This document shows positions 19,778 through 29,292 of a DNA stretch of 64,000 bases, piece by piece. Under the pieces are notes generated by a model that searched no databases, was not told the origin of the DNA, and saw only the letters and a program-made list of their open reading frames with translations. The stretch is from a virus. The position numbers and the translations under genes were made by a program. The stretch is from IMG/VR virus record IMGVR_UViG_3300027419_000023. One strand, 5' to 3'. Every line of letters begins with the position of its first letter. The stretch's first letter is position 1.

Positions 19778-20214
19778 TGCATTGCCTGAAGATATTCTAA
19801 AGCTGCTTGATATTTAGTACGCACCCGAATTTGGTCGGCTTCTGGCAAGCAACTCAACCTACTATCAGAGCTATTATCCCGGATGTCTGCTAGTTTGACC
19901 AGTCGGGCATCTCCAGTGGGATCATTTAGGATACGTTGCCAGTACTGCGGATTTGGTTCGTTCCGTATGTGAGTTAGGGCGACCAATGAATTAACCACGT
20001 TGTGAGGCAGGCCCATAGTAACCAAGTCCATAATGGTTGCTGGAGTGTCTTCAAGCACGTCATGTAGGACTGCAATACATTTCTGGTGTTCGGTTGTTAA
20101 CGTATTATCCAGCATGACCCGCAACGGATGATAAAGGTAAGGTAAACCTACTTTATCCAGTTGTCCGGAATGCTGTATGGTTGCGTATACGATAGAACGG
20201 TCTAATAAATTCAA
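19774..20214 (-). CDS. HD-domain hydrolase, RelA/SpoT-hydrolase (SAH/MESH1)-like
   Basis: HxGQ.DK.G.PY.xHP, AVLHDVLEDT, VKLADxxDN. Confidence 0.85.
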   Translation of the reverse strand: MNLLDRSIVYATIQHSGQLDKVGLPYLYHPLRVMLDNTLTTEHQKCIAVLHDVLEDTPATIMDLVTMGLPHNVVNSLVALTHIRNEPNPQYWQRILNDPTGDARLVKLADIRDNSSDSRLSCLPEADQIRVRTKYQAALEYLQAMQ

Positions 20215-20269
20215 TGATTAAACCTCCCTGGATTTAAGTACTTTATAGTACTATTTATACCTTTTGGAA

Positions 20270-20343
20270 TGCTAATGCCTGGATTCGAACCAGGGACCCT
20301 TTCCGAATGCGTACTCAGTACCATGCCGCTAGATTACATTAGC
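20270..20343 (-). tRNA. tRNA-like/pseudo-tRNA with non-canonical anticodon arm
   Basis: Perfect acceptor stem GCTAATG/CATTAGC+A and T-arm CCTGG-TTCGAAT-CCAGG; anticodon stem closes only a 6-nt (TACGCA) or 4-nt loop. Confidence 0.65.
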
Positions 20344-20613
20344 AGAATTTTGTGCGTACTCGTTTAACCTGTTGTACCCGTACAACGAGCGCCTCGAACT
20401 CCGGCAGGTTCAATAGATCGTAGGTAGCGCCTTTCTACTTACTAATGACAGGAATTATTTACTTCACTAAAGTTTCCTTCTTGACCTTAGTGAAGTGCTC
20501 AACTGCAATACGTTTTATAATGGGTTCCGTGCCTTTGATCACATGTGGTGCTAAGCACCTGGTTCTGTCTGGTTCGATCTCTGGCCACATTACGTTACAA
20601 CCTATAGGTGTAA

Positions 20614-20686
20614 AGCCACGAGTCGGATTTGAACCGACAACCTGGCGATTACTGGTCGCCTGCACTTCCAATTGTGCTTCCGTGGC
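20614..20686 (-). tRNA. tRNA-Thr(AGU)
   Basis: Cloverleaf GCCACGG/TCGTGGC, D GCAC/GTGC, anticodon GGCGA-CCAGTAA-TCGCC, T GTCGG-TTCAAAT-CCGAC; C2:G71 and U73 fit Thr identity; no encoded CCA. Confidence 0.88.
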
Positions 20687-20689
20687 AAA

Positions 20690-20761
20690 TTAGGTACGCC
20701 GGATTCGAACCGGTCATCCTTGTAGGACTTTTCCAACTATCGGCTTCCTGCCCGTACCTAA
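20690..20761 (-). ncRNA. tRNA-like RNA (9-bp acceptor-like stem, 4-bp T-stem, aberrant middle)
   Basis: TTAGGTACG/CGTACCTAA; CCGG-TTCGAAT-CCGG; no canonical anticodon arm. Confidence 0.55.
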
Positions 20762-20859
20762 CTTTTTTTTTGCCGCATCCGCCGCGCCACTAGGTATATT
20801 ATACGGCTCCTAGTACCTTATTGCCATAAATAACTTTACTTCATTTATGGTAATAATGA

Positions 20860-21078
20860 CTACTTGTTATTAGTATTTAAAGCTTTTGGTACTTCATATT
20901 TCCAAATATTTCGGAGTTCCTGCTTATACATCAGCCTTCTGTGCTTCGATCTCTGCCAGTCATAACAATACGAACACTTATGGCGTTCCTGCTGTTTATA
21001 AGGATGGTACTCCAAATCGGAGTACTTTACCCGAGATACAAAGCCTTTCTTATTGTAGGCTCGTATAGTGCCGGTCAT
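20860..21078 (-). CDS. Basic protein, paralog of 16237..16593
   Basis: TIRAYNK...YHPYKQ...RRLMYKQEL. Confidence 0.55.
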   Translation of the reverse strand: MTGTIRAYNKKGFVSRVKYSDLEYHPYKQQERHKCSYCYDWQRSKHRRLMYKQELRNIWKYEVPKALNTNNK

Positions 21079-21083
21079 GTTTG

Positions 21084-21293
21084 TTACTGCATTCGTTCCT
21101 GATCGTAATGTATGTCAATGCAATAAATAATACTATCAGTCGTTCCTAATTCAACATGCTTTACGATATTACTATTACTAGGTCGATCATTTTTATACTT
21201 CTCTTCCATTTGCGAAGCAATCTTCCTTAGCTCCTCTGGAGTCGTGAACCAATGCATCGTGTTTTCTATGAAACCGTTATCCATTATGGTCAT
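21084..21293 (-). CDS. Hypothetical protein
   Basis: Follows promoter at about 21327-21343. Confidence 0.5.
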   Translation of the reverse strand: MTIMDNGFIENTMHWFTTPEELRKIASQMEEKYKNDRPSNSNIVKHVELGTTDSIIYCIDIHYDQERMQ

Positions 21294-21377
21294 CTCCTTG
21301 GTATAGTTAGTAATAGTTGCTTTACTATAAATAGTTTTTGGTTGGATAATTTTATAAAAAAAAATAAAAAAGATTTC

Positions 21378-22118
21378 CTAATGTAACCTTCTCGGTACAT
21401 TAGTTGACTGGACTTTGTAAACCGTATTGGACGTAATCGGCCTCGGTTCTTCATCTCGGAATGCAATCCTAAGGTAAATTACGGTCTCTGGCTCGTCATA
21501 CGACAACTGGTTTATTTCAGAGAATCGCTGATGGCTGTGACCACTAAGGCCTACTCCGCCGCCTGTTAGATTATTGCTATGGCAACAGGACGTCGTAACA
21601 CAACTAGACGGTTCATAATTTCTGGTAACATTACATAATTTATTATTGACAGCCGTACTGTAATAGTGTCCATCATAGTAATAGTTGTCAAATTCAGTTA
21701 TTTTCTTATGACAATCAGAATAATAGTATGGCCATGTATAGTCCCAAGTAATCTGAACTTTGTTATCCTGTTGATTGCCTGGCTTCCAGACGACTTTGAT
21801 TAGGCCGTTATCGTTGCTGGTTGGGTCTAAGCCGATTTGTTCGGCTTCCTGGCTGTCATTGCGATATGCAGTAAATTTACCGAAGTCATTAACAGGATGC
21901 TCTATTGTAATGCTCTGGTTTGCCGGTACTCGAAAAGTTCCTATGTAGCGGCCTTGTACCCAAACTTCGGCATCTGAGGGCTTATTAGCACCGCAATACT
22001 TATGGCCGTTATGCAAGCGCAGTGAAAAGTTTTGACCATGCCTTAATACTACGTGTCCTTCTGACGTTTCTTCTTGTGCCTGTGGCACGTTCACACTAAA
22101 TCCGTTTAAACTAGACAT
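21378..22118 (-). CDS. Hypothetical beta-rich protein
   Basis: GGAG RBS before ATG at 22118. Confidence 0.6.
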   Translation of the reverse strand: MSSLNGFSVNVPQAQEETSEGHVVLRHGQNFSLRLHNGHKYCGANKPSDAEVWVQGRYIGTFRVPANQSITIEHPVNDFGKFTAYRNDSQEAEQIGLDPTSNDNGLIKVVWKPGNQQDNKVQITWDYTWPYYYSDCHKKITEFDNYYYDGHYYSTAVNNKLCNVTRNYEPSSCVTTSCCHSNNLTGGGVGLSGHSHQRFSEINQLSYDEPETVIYLRIAFRDEEPRPITSNTVYKVQSTNVPRRLH

Positions 22119-22252
22119 ATTTGTTACTCCATTCGAAAGCCGTTCTGGCAATCGGAGTGCCCTACCAATGAGGGCTACAAATAAACACCTCCTAAAAATA
22201 AGTACGCCAAGAGTTATTTCTTGGGCTTTGGTTTACATTTACCTGGCATAGT

Positions 22253-22690
22253 TTAGGCTCCTACCTTAAAGGGCTTCTTGCCCATGCTTGGATTCTTAGC
22301 GATATAGCACTGAGGGTTAATACCGTACTTGGCCATATAGGGATATTTTCCGAGGGCTTTACCGCCACTACCAGGTCTATATACAGTAACACCCAGATCG
22401 GAATACGAACCAGCAGGTATCTTTTCCTTGGTCGGATCTAGCATGGGTAAACATCCGCACCAATCTTCATCCTCGGAAACTTCTCCGACCCAACTGTCAA
22501 TAAGGGATTCTTCTTCTGGCACAGTGTCATCTAGCTTTAAGGCCCTGCAACATTCTGGACAGCTTACTAGAACTTTTCCTCCCATTTCCTTCTTATGTCT
22601 CAACGCTAGCTTAATTTCTCGTGCTTTAATCTCGATGTCCTTTTCGCATACTGGACATATTGTACTTATCTTAGTTGTCTTAGTTGTCAT
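22253..22690 (-). CDS. Cys-rich Zn-binding protein
   Basis: CPVC, CPECC, WCGC. Confidence 0.6.
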   Translation of the reverse strand: MTTKTTKISTICPVCEKDIEIKAREIKLALRHKKEMGGKVLVSCPECCRALKLDDTVPEEESLIDSWVGEVSEDEDWCGCLPMLDPTKEKIPAGSYSDLGVTVYRPGSGGKALGKYPYMAKYGINPQCYIAKNPSMGKKPFKVGA

Positions 22691-22708
22691 TGTTAATTAT
22701 CTCCGTAT

Positions 22709-23248
22709 TTATACCTTTTGGTCGTTGTCTTCCATCGTAGCAAGGAACTTTTCGTACGCTTTGATCTGGTCATCTGTCCACGTATCCATTAGGGCCACGT
22801 CTGGGTCCACGCTTGATTCTACACGAACCGTCTGTATGGGAGGCCTTAGCGCAAGATAGTTCTTACTTAATTGGTCATAGAGTTTGACGTACTTCTCATG
22901 CCAATGTTTGTTTCGGCTACCGTCATCTCCGACTTCCAGGACAAATTCATTGCTAGTTCCGTCTAGAATGTCTTCGATACGTTCCAATTCTTTTTCGTAG
23001 CGAGCTAAAATCTTAGGTGCGTATCCAGATACCCTCTCAGCTATTGTCTGGCTAAGATGAGCATCTGCAGTTCTGGTAGCCTCTTCTGCGTGTTGTCTTG
23101 CTTTTCTAACATGTTCCCATATTCCTACTTCTGAAACATCCACACCAAATTTTTCATGTAGTATCTTTTTTAATTCCGGAGTAGAAAGAGAACAATTATC
23201 AAGAATATATTTTTTTGCTTCCGGTGTTATTACATACGGTGTTGCCAT
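22709..23248 (-). CDS. Probable terminase small subunit
   Basis: N-terminal HTH-like region, central helical coiled coil, C-terminal beta strand and 'TDDQI' tail; size typical of TerS. Confidence 0.5.
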   Translation of the reverse strand: MATPYVITPEAKKYILDNCSLSTPELKKILHEKFGVDVSEVGIWEHVRKARQHAEEATRTADAHLSQTIAERVSGYAPKILARYEKELERIEDILDGTSNEFVLEVGDDGSRNKHWHEKYVKLYDQLSKNYLALRPPIQTVRVESSVDPDVALMDTWTDDQIKAYEKFLATMEDNDQKV

Positions 23249-23249
23249 A

Positions 23250-23735
23250 TCAAACCTTTCTTAAATCCCGTGCAGTACGCTTCCAGATTTTTTTACCGCC
23301 TTCGGTAGAATATTCCATTTCGTATCCGTCTTTCATCATAGTCGGTAGACCTGTTTCTGGATTAATACGTTCTCTAGGAGCATTTCCGATTGTCTTATAT
23401 AATTCATCATGACGTTTAATTATGTCGTCGATTTGTTTTCCGCTATTTAATCTATCCATGGCAAGTTTAGCAAAATCTTTATCCCGGAAGGCATATTTTT
23501 TACCATTTGCGGAAGTGACTACAAATCTATTACGGCCTTCCTGTTCTGTCATGACGGACTTGTTAGAATCAGCTACTTTTTCCTGTGATTGTCCTTCATC
23601 AGATGATTTACCTCCACAACTACCAGGTCCAGTTCCGTTTTGTTCTTCTGCTTTACACCGATAATTCATCTTTATGTCGTCAGATTCAGTAAGGTATAAA
23701 GGTCCGGTTGTTTTTTTACTAATAATATATTTCAT
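23250..23735 (-). CDS. Hypothetical protein with KMNYRC...GSCG motif
   Basis: Motif shared with 1..559. Confidence 0.6.
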   Translation of the reverse strand: MKYIISKKTTGPLYLTESDDIKMNYRCKAEEQNGTGPGSCGGKSSDEGQSQEKVADSNKSVMTEQEGRNRFVVTSANGKKYAFRDKDFAKLAMDRLNSGKQIDDIIKRHDELYKTIGNAPRERINPETGLPTMMKDGYEMEYSTEGGKKIWKRTARDLRKV

Positions 23736-23741
23736 AATTCC

Positions 23742-24077
23742 TCATAGTAATGATAATGCGTTTAATAATTGTAATTCCAGATGGCGACTTTGGGTCTCCC
23801 TACATTTCTGGATAAGCCGGTTTGCCAGCTTGACCAAGTATCTTGGATTACTTCTATTATATTTAACGTTGGCAATTAATTCTGTTAGGACAGCCACCCT
23901 AGTTTCCAAATCAAAACTAACCGAATGTTCGTAGGGCTCATCGATAACGATATTCTTGTATTCTCGGATAGGATTCAGTTCAGGAATTTCATCTAGCTCT
24001 AGCCAGAATCTTGCTTCGTCATCCAAAATATTCAGGTCCACGAAACGCTCAATGGACGTTAAAATAAGTTCTTCCAT
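23742..24077 (-). CDS. Hypothetical protein
   Basis: Operonic ORF. Confidence 0.5.
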   Translation of the reverse strand: MEELILTSIERFVDLNILDDEARFWLELDEIPELNPIREYKNIVIDEPYEHSVSFDLETRVAVLTELIANVKYNRSNPRYLVKLANRLIQKCRETQSRHLELQLLNALSLL

Positions 24078-24087
24078 GGAATATTGG

Positions 24088-24594
24088 TCACCCGTAGCTC
24101 ATTACACTAACGTCTTTTGGTACGGTAACTGTATTCTTTTCAGCATCTTCTTTGGCTCTAGCTTCCTGAGCTTTCTGCACGACATAATCGATCGTAGACC
24201 GTTTGATTGAGGAGAAGGTTTCCAGAGACATTTCTGGTTGCAGGTCTACAATTACCACATCCGGACTAGTAATGGTGCCCTGACTGTTGTATTCCTTGCC
24301 AGTTTTTGCATCAACTTCGTGTAGGAAAAAGTCTATTCCTGCAAACGAATTTGGTTTTACATCAGTAGCAAAATATTTTTGGCCGCCGGAAAACAAAATA
24401 TATCGAGCTGGTGATTCAGTTTGAGGAACATTCTCAGACTCCTCGCAATCCGGACATTCGCATTCCGGCTGGCTTTCTGACATAGCATCCAGGAAATCGT
24501 CAATGAATGCATTGAAACGTTCGTCGAGTTCCTTGAGTAATCCTTCCCGGAATTCAGCTAGATCTTCCTTAGTAACGATAATATCTTCAGTCAT
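24088..24594 (-). CDS. Acidic hypothetical protein
   Basis: Operonic ORF with CxCxxC. Confidence 0.55.
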   Translation of the reverse strand: MTEDIIVTKEDLAEFREGLLKELDERFNAFIDDFLDAMSESQPECECPDCEESENVPQTESPARYILFSGGQKYFATDVKPNSFAGIDFFLHEVDAKTGKEYNSQGTITSPDVVIVDLQPEMSLETFSSIKRSTIDYVVQKAQEARAKEDAEKNTVTVPKDVSVMSYG

Positions 24595-25164
24595 TTAACC
24601 TCTCTTTGAATTCTTTGAATACGCACGTGTATAATAATAATCTACAGCACCTTCGTCTATATCTTCCCAGTACTGACGGTAAATATTTGACGCGAAACTA
24701 TATTTATTACTGTATTTCCTAGTTGAATACTCTAAGTTTCTTTCAAGCGTAATAGCTGGAATATCTATTATTAGGAAGCATACAGTACATACAAGATCGC
24801 CGTGGTCATCGTACCGTAATAATCCGCCGCACTGGTCACAGAACAGCCTCTTTTCTTGGTTCCAGTCTTCGCAGCAACCTACCCGACTACTATAGCTATC
24901 AGGCGGTTTACTAAATTTTGCTTGGCTGTGCCGATCTATTACATATCGTTGCTTCTCTTCCAGTGTATCGAATAAAATAATTTGTTTATTAATCAATATA
25001 AAGGGCTGCTGGGGAGATTTTACGTCTCCGTGAGCATTATATTGCTTTTGCTTCTTGATATAACATTCCTTACAATACGTGTGGAGATGACTATATGTGT
25101 CGTCCCGGTAATAAGCATTTTGCGAATTCAATAGTTTTCCGCATTTTCGGCACGTCGAGAACAT
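24595..25164 (-). CDS. Protein with N-terminal Zn finger and TFIIB/TFB-type Zn ribbon
   Basis: CRKC...CKEC; CDQCGG-x-DDHGDLVCTVCFLII. Confidence 0.6.
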   Translation of the reverse strand: MFSTCRKCGKLLNSQNAYYRDDTYSHLHTYCKECYIKKQKQYNAHGDVKSPQQPFILINKQIILFDTLEEKQRYVIDRHSQAKFSKPPDSYSSRVGCCEDWNQEKRLFCDQCGGLLRYDDHGDLVCTVCFLIIDIPAITLERNLEYSTRKYSNKYSFASNIYRQYWEDIDEGAVDYYYTRAYSKNSKRG

Positions 25165-25307
25165 CCTCTTGAACCAAATTTCGATACATTCAGCTGTTAG
25201 AATTTCTTGGGAAATAGTAGCGCCACCTTAGAAAAATAGATTTGATAAAATAGTAACTAAGGTATTATATAATATACTAGTATATAAAGGTTTTGGTTGA
25301 AAAAAAT

Positions 25308-25499
25308 TTATTTCTTGTCTTCTTCTCGACTAATTACATTGCCGTCTTTATCTAGATTTATGAATAACTTTAATGCAGTACAATACGTAGCAAATGTACA
25401 CATATCATTCACCCACTTAACTTTCGCGATAAGTGCAATACATTTCTCACCAATACAAGGCATTCTTGTAAATGGACATATAGGAGCATTACTATTCAT
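25308..25499 (-). CDS. Small Cys-rich protein
   Basis: CPF...CIGEKC...C pattern. Confidence 0.45.
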   Translation of the reverse strand: MNSNAPICPFTRMPCIGEKCIALIAKVKWVNDMCTFATYCTALKLFINLDKDGNVISREEDKK

Positions 25500-25839
25500 G
25501 GATGGTTACCTCCCTAGATTCTTCTATCCGTTTCCGGCACTCAGGACACCTTCTAGCTAACTCGATTAAGTTAGCCTCAGAATCAACGTGACCTTCATGC
25601 CAGGACTTGAATTCAGGTAGTGGACTTTTATGGTTATAACTGCGACGAGCCATCTCTTGCGCAAGTTCGTCGTGACGACTCCTTATGTTATGGACTTCAA
25701 CTAATCCCGTCGTAATGTACTTGGTACCAGACAACCTCTTACCATGTAGTATTGTGCCGACTAAAGTATGACATTCCCTATGCTCTGCGTTTAAATGACG
25801 GAAACATTCTAATCTTGGGTCAACCATCCACATTCTCAT
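25492..25839 (-). CDS. Pyrimidine-dimer DNA glycosylase / endonuclease V-like
   Basis: MRMWMVDP..LC..HL.AEHRE.H, RHDEL..EM..R.YNH.SPL, RC..C. Confidence 0.75.
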   Translation of the reverse strand: MRMWMVDPRLECFRHLNAEHRECHTLVGTILHGKRLSGTKYITTGLVEVHNIRSRHDELAQEMARRSYNHKSPLPEFKSWHEGHVDSEANLIELARRCPECRKRIEESREVTIHE

Positions 25840-26074
25840 AGTTTGTTATACGTGTTTTTACTAAATAAATGTTTTGGTCGAGAAAATACATAACTAGCAA
25901 TAAATATTTTAAGTTTTCACGCAATTTTAGGTCGGTGTATTCCTCGTTTTCGCTAACTCTTTGTCTACTTGTTTCTCTCGTTCTGCATATTCTTCATTGG
26001 TCACAAAACGTAGTCCTTTTGAAATCGGTCTAAATATAAATTCGTATCCAAAAAATGTAAATCGCATGTCTTAC

Positions 26075-27600
26075 CTATCCTCTGTGAATCTTCTCTAAGG
26101 CGGCTTGCGACTCTCGCTCAATACGTTCGCCTTTTTCTTTGGCTGACATCCAAGGCAGATCAACGTCTTTGTAATGCTCTTTTATCTGCTCTCTGTCGAT
26201 TTCTTCCCATATCAAAGCTCCTTTTGCCGCTAGGAATTCTTTCTCTAGCCTATCAATATATGCCGCTTTCACATACTTCTCACCATTGATTTCTATAGGG
26301 CCATCTGGTTCATATGCGGTTTTGTATCCTTGCAAGCCAAGCTCTTTGGTAGCCCACTTATTCCAATTATCTCTTACTGATTGTGGTATTTCTCGCGTCC
26401 AATCGCAATATGGCCATCTCAGGTCGTTTGGCAGCCTGCCGCAATTGCATGAGGTATACTAGCCGATTTGAGCCGTTCGATCTATTGCGATCTGTTGCCA
26501 TTTGACAAGCTCTTTCATCAGGTCGCCAATATCTTCATCCCGGCGCGTCATGTTTGCCTTCGCCGCGCATTCCAGTACTCGGAGGCGTTTAATCTCCGCA
26601 AATATTTCAGGATATTCCTTAGCCAGTTGTGCAGCAGCATCTATCGTGTAATCATGAAACGCTTTGCCATCGCTTGATAATTTGTTTGCTCGCTCTTGGA
26701 TGAGAGCTGCTTTCAAGATATCAATCTGTTTATTGAGTGTCGCGTGATACTCATCGCATACATCACAGTCTGCTCGGCTCATAGTTTTCCCTCCCGGTGA
26801 AGTTGCTCGCGGGCCTCATCAACAACTATCGGTTCGTATCGTGCCCAATGTCCTACGGAATCTCCTGGCACATGACATATCCGCCTGGCTCGTTCTTCCA
26901 CCAGTGCATTGCCACGCTCTCGCTTCGCCTGGCCGAGCTTCTTGAGGGCGGTGCGCTGCTTGGCGATGAGTCGATCCTTATCATCATCTGTCAATATTTG
27001 GCGCACTAGTTGCCGATTCTCTTCTTCCAGCTCGGCTATTCGCTCAATCGCCAGTTTAGCCAGTATCCACGGCGCGTCATCAGTGCCCAATATAGCAGCG
27101 ACCCTTTCATGCACGCCCCGCTCACTGTGGAATCCACTTTTGTAATACTCCAGGTCTGCTTCCAACTCCGCTATGTGCTTGGCTTGCCCTTCATATTGAT
27201 CTATCCAAAATTTGGCGGTATCTAGTGCGAATTGTGTTCTTTTTGATGGGCCCAACACAGCCATGTTGCTAAATTCCTTTTCTCTTGCTTGTAGCCGCTC
27301 GATTTCATCCAACTCCTTCCCACGTTTGCCAGATCGCTTTCCGAGTACCTTAAGGGCAGCTTTCTGTTTCTCTATTATCAACGTGTCCGAATCCACCATG
27401 TACTGAAGATCTAAATTCCTATGGTTACTTTCGACTACCTTTTGTTCAAGCTTAGTAACTTGTTTACGAAGGTTAACAATCTCATCCCGTGCCCAAAATA
27501 ATTGCCGGCAAGCTTCTTTTACATACGGTTGATTACAATATGGTGAATTCTTACATTCAATAAGGACTCGTTGGGTCTCTTGCATACTAAAGTTGGTCAT
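26075..27600 (-). CDS. Cluster of coiled-coil hypothetical ORFs (26075-26335, 26459-26782, 26779-27600)
   Basis: Helical ORFs with internal repeats (IAELE, KQxxALKxLG, ALxxERA). Confidence 0.5.
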
Positions 27601-27835
27601 TTCATAACCTCATCGCAATATTGGTTTGCTTTCTTGAGCATAGTGCGTCCTGATTTTCCTACCATTTTTGCATGCTTACAAATTCCATACATGCCACCGT
27701 CTTCTAAATCAAAATCAAAATTTTTGCAGTTTCGGCATATAGGATCTAATTTTGAAGCTACTTGAAATGCATTCATCTAATTCACCTCATATTTGTTATT
27801 ACGTTACCATAATATATGCTTTTTGGTCATTAAAT

Positions 27836-29233
27836 TTATTCACTATTTTTTATAATATTTTCAAAGATACCGTCTTGATAATATTGCCAGGCCTTGTAAA
27901 TAGTTTCGAATTCTAGACCATTAACAAGAGTTGGACCTTCTCTGTTCTTTTTATTTTGTAAGACAAATTCAAAGGTCTGCTCGGTATCCTTTAACTTGAT
28001 ATGAACACAGCCGTATCTCCTTATGTGTTTTATATACCAAAACTTTAAGTAAAATATATTATACGGCCTATATAATTCCAGAAATCGCTGGTATCCTGAA
28101 GGATAATTAGTTCTCCATTCCGTATCTATTTCATCTTCGATATGAACCATCTCCTTACTCTAGTTAAAGCCGGTTGATTAATGGAATATACTTGATTTAG
28201 GAAATTAAGTTGACCCTCTATGTATCCTTTAAATAGTAACATTCTGGAATATAATCCGAGCCAGGCAACTTCTTTATCATAAAGACTGTATAACCATGAT
28301 TACGGATTACTACTATTCCTGGAAGACCTTCTGGTATGTACCACACGGAACCATCTTGGTCTGGATGCAACTTAATGATATGCATGTTAGCCTTCCTATG
28401 CTAAGTTTTCCTCGGGATCTATATTATACTTTTTTATCCACCACGTCTTTGAAGCAAGTATACGACTTTTAACTTCTAGGTATTTGACTTCTTTACTATT
28501 AGTATCGTCCAATACTACTTTTTCGAATTTCATAAAATCACGTTACTAGCAATTAATATGATTTATATAAAATTGCTCCTATTTTATCGAGTTCGTCGAA
28601 ACACCATGTATAGAAAAATCTATTGTCAGAAAATTTAACACACTTTTGATCATGATCCGACAAATTATCAAGCAATCCATGTTCCTGCATTTTTATCAAT
28701 GATATGACTATATAATTATTAGTCGAATCTATTATCATTTTGATAGTATTCGCCACCCCGGCTTTAGGAATTTCATTACCTCCAAGTGTCATATCGATAT
28801 TTTCGCCGAGTACTCCTGACCGTAATGATATAGTACCATTCTCGCGATGTCCCTGTATAGTAAATGTTTTTCCCTCACGATCGAGATAAAATGAGGTATT
28901 ATTTTCAGCATTCAGTTTATTTATTGCTTCGATGCAAATAGATGCTTTATGACTTTTTCCGACTCTGGATACAATAATTTTTCGTTGTTTATTCAAAACA
29001 ACTTGATTTAGCAATTTATTAATAGATGGAAAGGTAGACATTTAATTCACCTCAATAATTCGCCCTATGATAGTTTTATCAGTACTCGACCTATATATGT
29101 CAATCCAGCTAGTTGTTTTATCTGAATTCCACCATGAAAAGTCGGCGGTCGGATACAATAAAAAACAGTCTTCCATTGCGTTATCTATATCACTATATTG
29201 TTCGTTAAGAGACTCAATTTGTAGCGTATACAT
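27836..29233 (-). CDS. Hypothetical ORFs (27836-28150, 28553-29041, 29042-29233)
   Basis: Minus-strand ORFs downstream of promoter at about 29269-29284. Confidence 0.45.
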
Positions 29234-29292
29234 ATTTCAGTCCTCAATACGATATTCTCATTTAGTGTATAAATAGTTTATGGTAAGAAAAA

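Noticed and set aside
20445-20693. ORFs 20445..20693(+) and 20459..20671(-)
   Set aside because: Overlap the well-formed tRNA-Thr; likely spurious at these lengths
20690-20761. tRNA-Sec or tRNA-Pyl call from the 9/4 fold
   Set aside because: No UCA or CUA anticodon loop, and no long D-stem and variable arm in the right places
20772-20816. preQ1 riboswitch or HDV/theta ribozyme
   Set aside because: Lacks the preQ1 loop consensus and the HDV L3/P1.1 nucleotides; lies 5' rather than 3' of the tRNA; kept only as an unassigned pseudoknot
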